In this document: piece after piece, positions 44,535-53,983 of the stretch
How positions within the stretch are numbered: position 1 is the first letter of the stretch
Layout of the letters: each line of letters starts with the position of its first letter
Assembly (NCBI GenBank): GCA_023334545.1
Contig: JAADVB010000118.1
Location: 1-53,983 of the forward strand
Source: Salisapilia sapeloensis CBS 127946
Lineage: Eukaryota; Protista; Oomycota
Reading direction: 5' to 3'
Length of the DNA stretch: 53,983 bases
Translations under genes and position numbers: made by a program
The notes under the pieces: model-generated
The model's database searches: none
Seen by the model: the letters and a program-made list of their open reading frames with translations, nothing else
What the model was told of the DNA's origin: nothing

Positions 44535-46061
44535 TTACCTACGTCGATAGAAAACGACGCCACAAGTACTCGTAGGCTCGACACCAACGCTGTCACAAGT
44601 ATAGAGTCCGTTCGGCAGGGCGAGAGGACCCACAGGGACGCGGACGTACGCAGCGTGTCTCGGCACGGGCCACAGATAGTCTTGATACAGCTGGCGCTCA
44701 AGTGCCACGTCCTCCTTGCCATCCGCCCACTGGCCTCGGGAGAGGAAGCTCACGCACGCGAGCGGCTCCTGGGCATGGACAAGAGCCAGCGTAGACGCGT
44801 AGTTGGATGCGAACGCTTCTCGACTTTCGACGCACAGGACGCCATAGTCGTCCTCCTCCCAGAAAGGTTCCATGGCGAATATCCGGTCGTTCAAGACGCT
44901 GATCGAGTGCAGTCGACGGACACTCGACATGTCCTCTCTCAGCCCTACGTCCGGCTCGGATAGTCCATCCAAGGCGTCTCGAGATGGAGACGTGTACAGA
45001 CTCAGGACGTCGTCCTCTCCTACCTCGTCCATCGACGCCAGCAGCTCCGAGATACGCACGACACGATCGCCGTCTCGACCCTCGATCTTAACACTCGTGT
45101 AGACGCTGCAGAGACTAGGAGCCAGAGGGTCGATCACAGTCGAGTCGTAGCTCTGCATCACGGGAGACAGCGTCTGGAAGCCGCATGCAGACCAGGCGTG
45201 AGCTCCAATCGCGCCTTGGAAGCTTAGTAGGACATTCGCGCTCGACTCGACCTCCTTCACACGACCGCCTCGGCGCTTGACGTAGATGCAGCCGCCTTGC
45301 TCTACGTGGGAAGCCACGCACCCGACGACGTTCTTGGAGCCCCACGACCGGACGACTCCCACCAGCTCCTTGGCACTCGTGGCGTTCATACTAAACGCCA
45401 TGAAGAAAGGGTCATAAAGGGCACGAGAGAGAGGACACGGTGGGACGTCCTCCTTGCCTTGTCCCATCCACCTCAGCTCCTTCCGATCCAACGTCGTCAC
45501 ACAGACCTCTGTCTCCGGAAGACAGGCCACGGTCACCGACATGCGGTGCTGGACGCGAGACTGGCGGAAGAAGCCTTCCTGCACCTCTGCATCTTTATCC
45601 TCCCCATCCGCCACCTCCTCTACTCTGTACGCCACGACGGTCGTAGCACGAGAGATCAAGTGGTGGTCCACGAGGGTCGCCAAGGCAGTGTGGAAATCGT
45701 CTTCTCGAACTGCTCTCGGCGGCGTCGACAGCGTCACAAGCACCCACGTCGGCTCGAAGCGAGGTTGGAGCGTATAAATGCATTCCGCCAGTCTGCTAAA
45801 GATCTCGGCGTGGGATCCGTCCAGTACGCGCTGCTTCCACTCGAAATGCTGCTGCTGAGCGTCGTGCACGACCTGCCGCCAGTGTCGGCATACTTGGCCC
45901 ATGGACTTGGTGTCCACCCATGTTAAATAGGACAGCCAGGAGGACGTGATGTCTGTAGGTAGAGACGGAGGTGGAGGTCCGTGCTGCTTCCTACCTGGCC
46001 CTGGAGCAGGCCGACGGCGCCGCGGAGCTCGGGCCTTTCGTCCCATTTTCCAAGTGTCCAT
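44535..46061 (-). CDS. F-box protein with divergent FIST-like domains (FBXO22-like architecture)
   Basis: F-box LPTDITSSWLSYL..KSMGQVCRHWRQVV. VVGCVAS (FIST-N-like). C-terminal CVSFLSRG..E...Y...WPVP..AY...PVGP..TCGVVF resembles FIST-C. Confidence 0.72.
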   Translation of the reverse strand: MDTWKMGRKARAPRRRRPAPGPGRKQHGPPPPSLPTDITSSWLSYLTWVDTKSMGQVCRHWRQVVHDAQQQHFEWKQRVLDGSHAEIFSRLAECIYTLQPRFEPTWVLVTLSTPPRAVREDDFHTALATLVDHHLISRATTVVAYRVEEVADGEDKDAEVQEGFFRQSRVQHRMSVTVACLPETEVCVTTLDRKELRWMGQGKEDVPPCPLSRALYDPFFMAFSMNATSAKELVGVVRSWGSKNVVGCVASHVEQGGCIYVKRRGGRVKEVESSANVLLSFQGAIGAHAWSACGFQTLSPVMQSYDSTVIDPLAPSLCSVYTSVKIEGRDGDRVVRISELLASMDEVGEDDVLSLYTSPSRDALDGLSEPDVGLREDMSSVRRLHSISVLNDRIFAMEPFWEEDDYGVLCVESREAFASNYASTLALVHAQEPLACVSFLSRGQWADGKEDVALERQLYQDYLWPVPRHAAYVRVPVGPLALPNGLYTCDSVGVEPTSTCGVVFYRRR

Positions 46062-47202
46062 GCATTGGGTTGTAGAGGTGTTTATAGAAATGTAGAGGTA
46101 TATAGAGACAAGGGATTGGTGGAGATGGACGAATCAAATGGTAGGCTTTGGCGCCAAAGTCGGGATCGTGTCCGCGAGGGAGAGCTGGAGCATCAGTCCG
46201 AGGATAGTCTCGGAGTCGAGTTGCTTCCTGTGACACTAGGTACTTTGGGTGCACGATGGTACGATTCGCGTGTGCAAGCGGTATGGATGTGTCTTGGAAA
46301 TGGGTTGACAGGTATTGTAGAGCTTGTAGCAAGTGATGAGCATTCAACCTCAAGTGGACATATGGTCGTGTGCAATTCGCAAGCAAGTTTTATAGCTCCC
46401 TCACCACATATCTTTGGCCTTGTCAAAGGATCGAATGTACTACGTTGGGCAATTCATTTGATTGAAAGGCTGATACCATGTTTTATGTATCGTTTTCTGT
46501 GCGCTGAAGCAAGCGGGACGAAATTCTAGATCAAGAGTGAAAGTGCATTGCAATCCCGTAACTGGAAAATGCCAGTCATTAATTTCAGCTTTCATGACAG
46601 TTGCCAACTATTAAACACAAAAGGATACTTTCAACTTCAAACTCTGCTTTGGGCATTTACTTGACTTTTCCACCTTTACAGTATTTATCTGCATATTTTG
46701 CTTCTCGGCGTCTTGCTCATAGCTAAATGCATGCGCTTGAAAAGTTTCTCATCTATTCTATTCTCCACCTTTCTCGCCAAACTCGAGACGATCAATCGTC
46801 CCAGGCCCAGCGACCAAGACACCATACACTAAACAGAGAAACATCTAGACACATTTAAAAGGTCAGTCCACTCGAGCAAACAAATTAATTGGCTTTACGC
46901 GACTCGTAACCGTGATAAGACAACACGAGTACCACATGATTTGACTTTACATGCGATCCAAGTACGCTTACCAACAAGCCTCATCCATCCTTTGAAATGC
47001 TACGAATAGCCTACCTGCCATAATGGACGAACGATTATTAACACCACGCTCAATCGAGACTTGAGAAACGTCTTGCTACATAAAGGTACAAACCATCGGA
47101 ATGACTTGGGACGCTGTACCACTCCTCCACGATGGCATTCTGTAGAGAATACTCCTGTCAAGTGTTCTTGGCCATTTCCATCCGAGGAGCTACGTCCCAA
47201 GT

Positions 47203-47908
47203 ATGATTCGACGCGCAGTGCAATCCACAGCTCGCTATGGTCTATCCAGCCAACGCAGTCGGTCGCTACACACCTCTCCCATCCGTATGTCCCAATTAGA
47301 CATGTTAAACAAGAGATGAGCTAGTCCTAATCGACTGGCATTCCGTAGTGATGCACTTGGACTTTTCCAAATTCGCCGACAAGCCCACGTACGTACTCTA
47401 CTAACATGCCATTTGCACACGTCTCAGCTTTGCAATGACTGGCAACTAGTGTCAATATCAACTTTCGTCGTCGCGATGGAAGTATTACGCCAGTACAGGC
47501 CAAGGTCGGCATGTCACTCCTCGACGTCGGCCAGGCCAACAATCTCGAGATGGAAGGTAGTGCCTCTCTGCTCGACTACTAGGTTGTCTCTCAACAAGTG
47601 CATATAGGTGCATGTGAAGCGTCCATTGCGTGCTCGACGTGCCACGTGATTCTGGAAGACGAGCTGTTTGACTCGTTGGAAGAAGCCATCGAGGACGAAG
47701 AGGACATGCTTGACCTCGCCTTTGGACTCACCAGCACGTACGTCCTATCTTTGCACTCGATAGTATGCACAAGTAACGAACCCTGGATCGTAGATCTCGC
47801 CTCGGGTGCCAAGTGATCGTGGACGAGAGCTTCGAAGGCACGACGGTGACACTCCCGCAGGCCACGCGCAACTTTTACGTGGACGGCCACGTCCCAGCGC
47901 CGCACTAG
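47203..47908 (+). CDS. Mitochondrial adrenodoxin-type [2Fe-2S] ferredoxin (5 exons)
   Basis: GACEASIACSTCHVI (C-X5-C-X2-C), EEDMLDLAFGLT.TSRLGCQ, TRNFYVDGHVP.PH. Four GT-AG introns. Presequence-like N-terminus. Confidence 0.95.
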
Positions 47909-48005
47909 CTCATTGACAAACACGAGTGCTTTCTGCCGATATCATTTAAAAGGCTTATATTCCATTTCCATTTCCTTGACTCGAACACCAAACTAGATCT
48001 GTCTC

Positions 48006-50261
48006 TTACTTTGTACTTGATACACCCGCCTCCGCCTCCTCACTCTTTCCTTCATTACCCTCCGCCACCAGATGCGTCGCACTGCAGACGAACTCGACGG
48101 CCGCATGGACGCAGTAGACGTAGTACGACTCTTCCCCCTTGACGTTGAGGTTGTGGATGGCAAAGTTCTCGATCAGATGCAGCTGCGCGTGCAGGAGCGG
48201 CAAGTGGGCGTGCAGCAACACGTAAGCTAAGAGAGGGAAGAAGGTGTCGACTGGGATCTGGATGGTGCCCAGCACACGCGCCGCCTCCTGATGGAGCGCC
48301 GTGACGCCTCGCATGAGCTCCTCCAGCAGGTCGCACGGCACGACGCTCTCCATGCCACTGAACGCGTCGATGGACTGGAGCAAGTAGACTCTGTAGGATC
48401 CCTTGGGTTTCGACGTCACGAGCTCCGACCGGAGCTTCATCGCGAGGTCGGAGGAAAGTCCTAGCTGCTCGAAGGACACACCTCGCAGCTCCTGCGCCTT
48501 CTTCCTCCAATTTTTGTCCTTCCGAAGACAGTCGCGCAGAGCTCGTTGGCTGAAGCAGAGGCAAGCGACTCGGGAGAAGACCGAGCGCTGGACGAATACA
48601 TAGAGGCTCTTGGCCGAGTCGGAGGAGACGTCAAACTCCCTCCGGATGCGTCTCGTCAGTCTCTGGACAAACTCTAGAATGAACTCCGGTCGAGGATCCT
48701 GCGCCCACCGAGGAGCTCTCGTCTTGGTCAGGTCGACGTTCGGACGGAGCTCCGGGACGGATGTTGAGCGCATGCGGGAAGATGGGAGGCTCCATTGGGA
48801 CAGGAGGCGCGAGAGCGGACTGGCGTCGAAGGGTCGCTGGCTGGAAGAGGACGAAGTGGAGGATACGTCGTCGTCCTTGTCGAGGGGCTCCTGGACGGCC
48901 GACGCGACGTCTCTGGACATGCGGTGGACCCACTGGGCCAAGCGTCCGTTGGACTTGGCCAAGACGATGTTCTCAAAATGCGCCTGGGCAACGTCCCACC
49001 ATTCTGGTTCGGCCATGGCGTCTCCGAATTCATTGTAAAACTCTTCTCCAGACAAAACCTGTAATATCTTACCTACCTGAGACTCCGACTCTAGTCCGCT
49101 GCGCTTGGCCTGCACCAGTCGGTACCAGGACGCAGCCTCTAGAAGAGTGGCGAGCATAGCACTGCGCACTCGAGGAGACTCGAGGCAGCCTGCGCCGTGC
49201 TGACTCTGTTGTACCTGCCGAGCTGTCTTCCGCTGCTCCTGGATCGTCTCCAGCGCCTGCACCTGTCGAGACAAAAAGGTGTACTTGAGGTCGGCCTGGA
49301 GCATGTCCTTGGCCGAGTCGAACGAGTCCAGCTGCCGCTCCGTCAGTTCTAAATCCGGATTGTGGGCTGTGACGATCTGGAGGATGCCTCGGACATGTCG
49401 TCGGTGGCGCTGCAGCTGGTTCAGAGCTCGGTTGTGCGTCATGACCGAGAGCTGGTCGAGCAGAAGCGACAGACCGTCTCCGCTGCCTCCCTCGGCCTCT
49501 CCTTCCTCCGCACGTCCTCCGCACAAGAGAGAAGAGAGGAGAGCGTTAGACGAGGCACAGGACGGAGGGATGCGCCTCCGGAGCGCTAGATTAGCCTGGT
49601 CTCGCTGCCGGTCGATCTGGTCGTCGATGTCTTCAAGCGCGAGAAAGAGCTTTCCTCGGAGCTTGTCTGGAGCAGAGGTCGCGTCGGACCCATCGGACGC
49701 GTCGTCACTCGTGTCCTGGACGACGGCTGGGGACGACAGAGGGTACTTGGAGGCAGCGTCCACGACCGGCACAAAGTCCTCCTGCCGGATCTGACGCAGA
49801 CGGTTCCACGCCTCCGTGCCGGACTCGGGTCGGTGGTACCCGACGTTTGCGCTGTGTCTGGAGAGTCGAGTCGGGTGGCTATGAGATGTCATGAGGTCAT
49901 GCCGAGAGGTGTCGTCGATGGACCTCGTCCGCCGGCGGGACCAGGTCACGTCGGTCGGAAGCGTCGCGACGGGGGCCGAGTGTCCTAGCCACGACGGGCG
50001 AGCGTACTCCTCGTTGTCGTCACTCGTGTCTGTGGAAAAGGACGAGTCGAGCTTCTCTCTGGACACTCTAGACGCCATGCACGTCGCCGACGTCTGCGCG
50101 AGTGTCGTCGTTTCGAGCGTGTTGGTCGGGGAGGTCATGACGTCGGCGAACGAGTCGCGTCTGGCCTGCGTCGGAGGGCGTCCGTAGAAGTCGTGTATGA
50201 TCGGGTGTGCCTGCCAGTCGGGCGAGATCCAGACACTGGGCGCCCCGACGTCCGTCTTCAT
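48006..50261 (-). CDS. VPS9-domain protein (putative Rab5-family GEF)
   Basis: C-terminal [35 protein letters not shown]...HAAVEF. Start is placed at MKTDVG (50261) because the ORF extension to 50627 is antisense to the Ras gene exons. Confidence 0.85.
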   Translation of the reverse strand: MKTDVGAPSVWISPDWQAHPIIHDFYGRPPTQARRDSFADVMTSPTNTLETTTLAQTSATCMASRVSREKLDSSFSTDTSDDNEEYARPSWLGHSAPVATLPTDVTWSRRRTRSIDDTSRHDLMTSHSHPTRLSRHSANVGYHRPESGTEAWNRLRQIRQEDFVPVVDAASKYPLSSPAVVQDTSDDASDGSDATSAPDKLRGKLFLALEDIDDQIDRQRDQANLALRRRIPPSCASSNALLSSLLCGGRAEEGEAEGGSGDGLSLLLDQLSVMTHNRALNQLQRHRRHVRGILQIVTAHNPDLELTERQLDSFDSAKDMLQADLKYTFLSRQVQALETIQEQRKTARQVQQSQHGAGCLESPRVRSAMLATLLEAASWYRLVQAKRSGLESESQVGKILQVLSGEEFYNEFGDAMAEPEWWDVAQAHFENIVLAKSNGRLAQWVHRMSRDVASAVQEPLDKDDDVSSTSSSSSQRPFDASPLSRLLSQWSLPSSRMRSTSVPELRPNVDLTKTRAPRWAQDPRPEFILEFVQRLTRRIRREFDVSSDSAKSLYVFVQRSVFSRVACLCFSQRALRDCLRKDKNWRKKAQELRGVSFEQLGLSSDLAMKLRSELVTSKPKGSYRVYLLQSIDAFSGMESVVPCDLLEELMRGVTALHQEAARVLGTIQIPVDTFFPLLAYVLLHAHLPLLHAQLHLIENFAIHNLNVKGEESYYVYCVHAAVEFVCSATHLVAEGNEGKSEEAEAGVSSTK

Positions 50262-50378
50262 CGAGCGGAGAAGAGTCTGGCGCTCGAGGAGGTGTGTACC
50301 GTGTGCGTACCATCGTAGTGCCCATTCGACCGTCCGTCGCGCCACGCTGGTCCAGCCCTCGCCCGTCTTCCCTCCGCC
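50262..50378. promoter_or_regulatory. Putative bidirectional promoter region (117 bp)
   Basis: Lies between the inferred VPS9 start (50261) and the KHA-Ras start (50379). The call is positional only. Confidence 0.4.
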
Positions 50379-51306
50379 ATGCCGTCGGACAAGCGCATCT
50401 TCATCTACAAGAACGAGGCTGGGGCCGAAGGAAAGGTACTTGTCGTATGCTAGAACAGAATCACTCGGTTCCTCACGCGAGACGCAGGTCCTGACGATTC
50501 GGCCCAAGGACACGCTCCTACGCATTCGAAAGTCGGCCGGCAAGAAGCTCGGCGTCAAGCCCAAAAAGCTCTTCCTCACCACCGGCGCAGAGGTCGTGAG
50601 CATCGACGAGCTCCAGAACGACGACACGCTCTACGTGTCCCAGGGAGAGCCCTTCTACAAGAAGAACGCAGGTTTGGCGGCCCATGCGTCAATGCACCTG
50701 TCCATCCTCGGCTCCGGCGGCGTCGGCAAGAGCGCCATCACGCTCCGGTTCGTCCGAGACACCTTTGTCAAGGACTGGGACCCGACCATCGAAGACGCAT
50801 ACCGCAAGTCCATCCAGGTCGACGACCGGACCACGACGCTCGAGATTCTCGACACGGCCGGACAAGACGTACCCTTTCACAGACCTCTAGCCACGAGCAT
50901 GCTCTAGACTAACGCCATCCGATAGGACTTTGAATCCCTTAGGGCCCAGTGGATGATGGACAAGGACGGATACGTCTTCGTCTACAGCATGGACTCTCGC
51001 CTGTCGCTCCACGAGCTCCAGTCCTTCTTCGAGCTCCACTTGCAGATCAACGAGACGCGGCGGCCGATGCCACCAGTCATCCTCGTTGCCAACAAGAAGG
51101 ACGTCGTGGAGCAGAACCCGACCAAGTGCCAGGTGAGCACGGAGGAGGGGCGGAGGGTGGCCCAGTCGTACAACGCCAGGTACATCGAGACGAGTGCCCT
51201 CACTGGCGCCAACGTCTCGGCCGTCTTCGAGACCTTTGTGCGGGAAGCCAGGCGGAAGCAGACGACCGCGCCGTCCTCCAAGAAGAACAACTGCGCCATC
51301 CTCTAG
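50379..51306 (+). CDS. Ras-subfamily small GTPase with N-terminal KHA/DCX-like ubiquitin-fold domain (3 exons)
   Basis: G1 GSGGVGKS, effector loop [10 protein letters not shown]3 DTAGQ, G4 NKKD, G5 ETSA, CaaX CAIL. Exon 1 [19 protein letters not shown], first intron 50436-50487, second intron after DTAGQD. Confidence 0.93.
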
Positions 51307-51406
51307 CTCCTCCCCTTCCTCTTGTCCATACACCTCTCTTTGCCTTATTAGACGCCACCAACACAAGTGATCAAATGCCCATTCCTACTTTCATTCTTCC
51401 TTTTCC

Positions 51407-52886
51407 ATGTCTACCATCTCTTCTCCGCAACTCCACGCCCTTCGCGCTCACATCAGAGCCCACGTACACGCCTCCACACACGCTCCGGACGCTAACGCAC
51501 AGGACGCCGTCGCGCGAATCCAGTCCGTATTCGACTGCACCGTCCGGAACGGCGAGAACCAGTCAGCCGTCCTGCTCGCGCCGGCGGACGCACCTACGCA
51601 GTCCGTCGTCGCCCATGCGCTTCGAGGTCTCCAGCGTCATGCGCGCCCGTTCCTCCACGTCTATCTCAATGGAGCGATTCTCCAGAGCGAGATTGAGGCG
51701 TTCAAAGAGATCATCGCGCAGCTGACGCAGGACGACGCCATCACGCTGCCTGTACATGTGCTATCATACTTTTATCCGTTCCTAAAGCTCATGCATCCTG
51801 CACGCTAGAGACTGTCCTATTGGAAAATGTACGAGTACCTCAAGCAGGTGCTAGCAGACAAGGCCAGGGAGAACGTCCCTGTCATCGTCATTCTCGACGG
51901 ACTCGAGAAATTCGCGAGCGCTGGCACGTCCAAGCAGCTTTTGCTCTACAACCTCCTCGACTGGCTTCAGGTAGCTCTTTTGCACTCCCATTCATCCTTG
52001 TGCGACTACTCATAGCTCCACAATAGACGACGGACGTCCAACTTGGTGTGCTCGGCATCACTCCCGACTACAATATCGTCTCCCACTTGGAAAAGCGCGT
52101 GCGGTCGAGGTATGTTGTACGCTTATCCTATCAATTGCTGCATCTTCTTTCCTCTTGTGCCATAAACGTAGATTCTCCAGCCTACAAGTAGTCCTCGATC
52201 GACCATCCTTGCCCCAGGTGAAGCACCTCATGCAGCAAACTCTCCGTCTATCGTCCATGGACTCCGCTTCAGACTTACCACAAGAATACGTCGAGACCTT
52301 TGACCAGAACGTTCGAGAGCAACTAGAGGCAAAAGAAGGACCGTTGCATGACATGATCGCGCTAGAGTACGATATCGGCAGAGGCCAGCAGTTCTTCCTC
52401 ACCCTCGCTGCTGCTGCCTCCTACCAACTGTCGCCAGAGGAACCTCAGCTCACTCTTGATCACTGGAAAAAGGCTTTCCAACTGCTGGACCAAGACCACG
52501 AACTCGCTTCCATTCGACTCGTCCATGATGACGCTCTTGCGCTTCTAATCGGCATGCGACACCTTGAAAAGGACCAGCACGCGGTCTATACTCTAGAGAT
52601 GGTGTACGACAAGTGGCGGAGGTTCTACGACAGTCGAGAGATTGAAGACCAGATGCCCACGAGATCCGAAGCGCATCGAGCGCTCCAGCACTTGCTACAG
52701 CTGCATCTCGTTCGGGATGCTGGAGACGCCTTCCGACTTGGACACACTGCCAGTGGCGAGGCACTCTCTCCAGAGTTTCGAGCCGTTCAGCTCAACATGG
52801 ACCCACGTAGGCTAGATGAGCTCATCGCCAACGGTAGTGTAATATGCACGACGACTCTGCGGGAATGGGCGGTGAACGGGGTGTAG
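51407..52886 (+). CDS. ORC4: Origin recognition complex subunit 4 (4 exons)
   Basis: TVRNGENQS, VYLNG, IVILD, KQLLLYNLLD, VLGIT, LEKRVRSRFS and a winged-helix-like C-terminus. Three GT-AG introns. Confidence 0.9.
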
Positions 52887-53983
52887 GAAGTAGTCTGTAC
52901 CGATTCTCTCGTATCTAGTATGCAGATCAAGACTTGTAAAGCTGCAAATGATAGTTCTACCATCAGAGCTACATCGTTCATGTCAATGGTGTCGATCACA
53001 TTCTTTCGTACGCAACTATGAATTTGCGTTCTAGTTTTCATTCCAAGCCAACCCATATACCATTCCGGACTAGGCTATATTGCTTCTTTACCTAGAGCTT
53101 ACAAGTAGCTTTTATCCATACATGGATATCAAAATCATCACTTTTTGATGGCTCGCTTTCATGTGACTAAACAAGAGATTACAATGAATTCAGATAGGTT
53201 TTATCGTGTATCTACATGTAGCTGGTGGTGAATTGGATGCGAATTTTATTATAGTCCAGTATGAACTGAAGGCGTCGATAATGGTACGTTAGCGCAGAGC
53301 TCTATTCCGGCAACAAGCTGAACAATGATACCGCATGCAACGTCATTTACAATTGTAACTCTTATCTTTGGATGGCGTATTGGAAATACGCCCTGTATCC
53401 AACGCGACATCAGATTGCACCGGGAAGCACCGAACAAAAAAAAAGACACACGAAAAGACGAGCTCTCTCCACCTCAGCATTAACTTGAATCTGAATAAGT
53501 TAGTTTTGTCGGCTATCTACGCTCGACGTCGAGCTCGGCAACAAAATCCCACCCCATCCCAGCAGGAACACGTATTGAATACCAACAATACTATTTAGAA
53601 CATACAAGTTGATGGAAAGTAAGTATCAGATTCGGCTTCAAGGTATCAGTTACGGCGAAGTCATGCGCATTGAGTTTGAAGCACACCCTGCTATTGAAAA
53701 TCAACTACCAATTGCCATTCAAAAAGACATACATCCGGCATCTCCCAACAAATTTTAGGTAAGAAGTGTAGCAGAGTTCTCAAGCATCCACTATTCAGTA
53801 CTAGACGTCTAGATCTTCCAATCACGCAGTGAAAACAAATACAGCACCGACTCCGACGCCATAGGCGTTACACTTGCAGAGCAACCTAAAGGTTTTTGCT
53901 TCAGCGTATTCATCATGGTGCTACAGATACAAAATTTACTCCAGCTTTACCAACGAAAGCTAGATAGCACAGACAGTCTATCG

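Noticed and set aside
53436-53444. Poly-A run as a retroposed insertion tail
   Set aside because: Only about 9 A residues, with no target-site duplication or recognisable parent.
1-53983. Alternative genetic code (stop reassignment) to explain in-frame stops in the relic regions
   Set aside because: All three stops terminate well-conserved genes at the expected positions: TAA (BCKDHA, AP4M1), TAG (ferredoxin, Ras, ORC4) and TGA (SPF27). Conserved genes have no internal stops.
1-53983. tRNA, rRNA, snRNA genes, CRISPR arrays, telomeric repeats
   Set aside because: No cloverleaf with a T-loop stem, rRNA-like block, repeat-spacer array or TTTAGGG tract was seen by eye. GGTTCGA hits near 19770 and 33723 lack flanking stems. 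tRNAscan/Infernal were not run.

Overview
Eukaryotic nuclear DNA, most consistent with an oomycete or related stramenopile. The evidence is spliceosomal introns of about 48-69 nt, an oomycete-type membrane-anchored GH5 glucanase and a four-PH-domain protein. Short introns, mostly TAG acceptors (34 of 43 modelled by hand) and an intact MOCS2B point away from Phytophthora- or Albugo-like genomes (inference). About 26 intact-looking protein-coding genes (the first is 5'-truncated) are packed into very dense blocks: ABCG transporter 3' end, orphan multi-pass membrane protein, KA1-like/ARM protein, 4xPH protein, Par3/HAL-N-like protein, coiled-coil/CHORD-like protein, Tat-SF1, MOCS2B, LLP-like, BCKDHA, DONSON, myotubularin, P4-ATPase, CBM48-PFK2/FBPase2, AP-4 mu, mS35, SPF27, GH5, F-box/FIST, mitochondrial ferredoxin, VPS9 protein, KHA-Ras and ORC4. 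The blocks are separated by AT-richer islands holding broken ORF fragments, including a disabled TFIIS-N/SAM/SPT2 gene. The strongest leads are: (i) a KHA/DCX-like domain fused to Ras, head-to-head with a VPS9 Rab5-GEF gene; (ii) an orphan protein with tandem RPA32-binding-like helices, head-to-head with DONSON; (iii) a myotubularin with a VPS13/ATG2-C-like helical module; (iv) an ORC4 with degenerate Walker A/B but an intact arginine finger; (v) nine consecutive genes in strictly alternating orientation. I saw no tRNA, rRNA, CRISPR array or intact transposon. All domain calls come from motifs recognised by eye and from memory, not from database searches. Exon models are manual.
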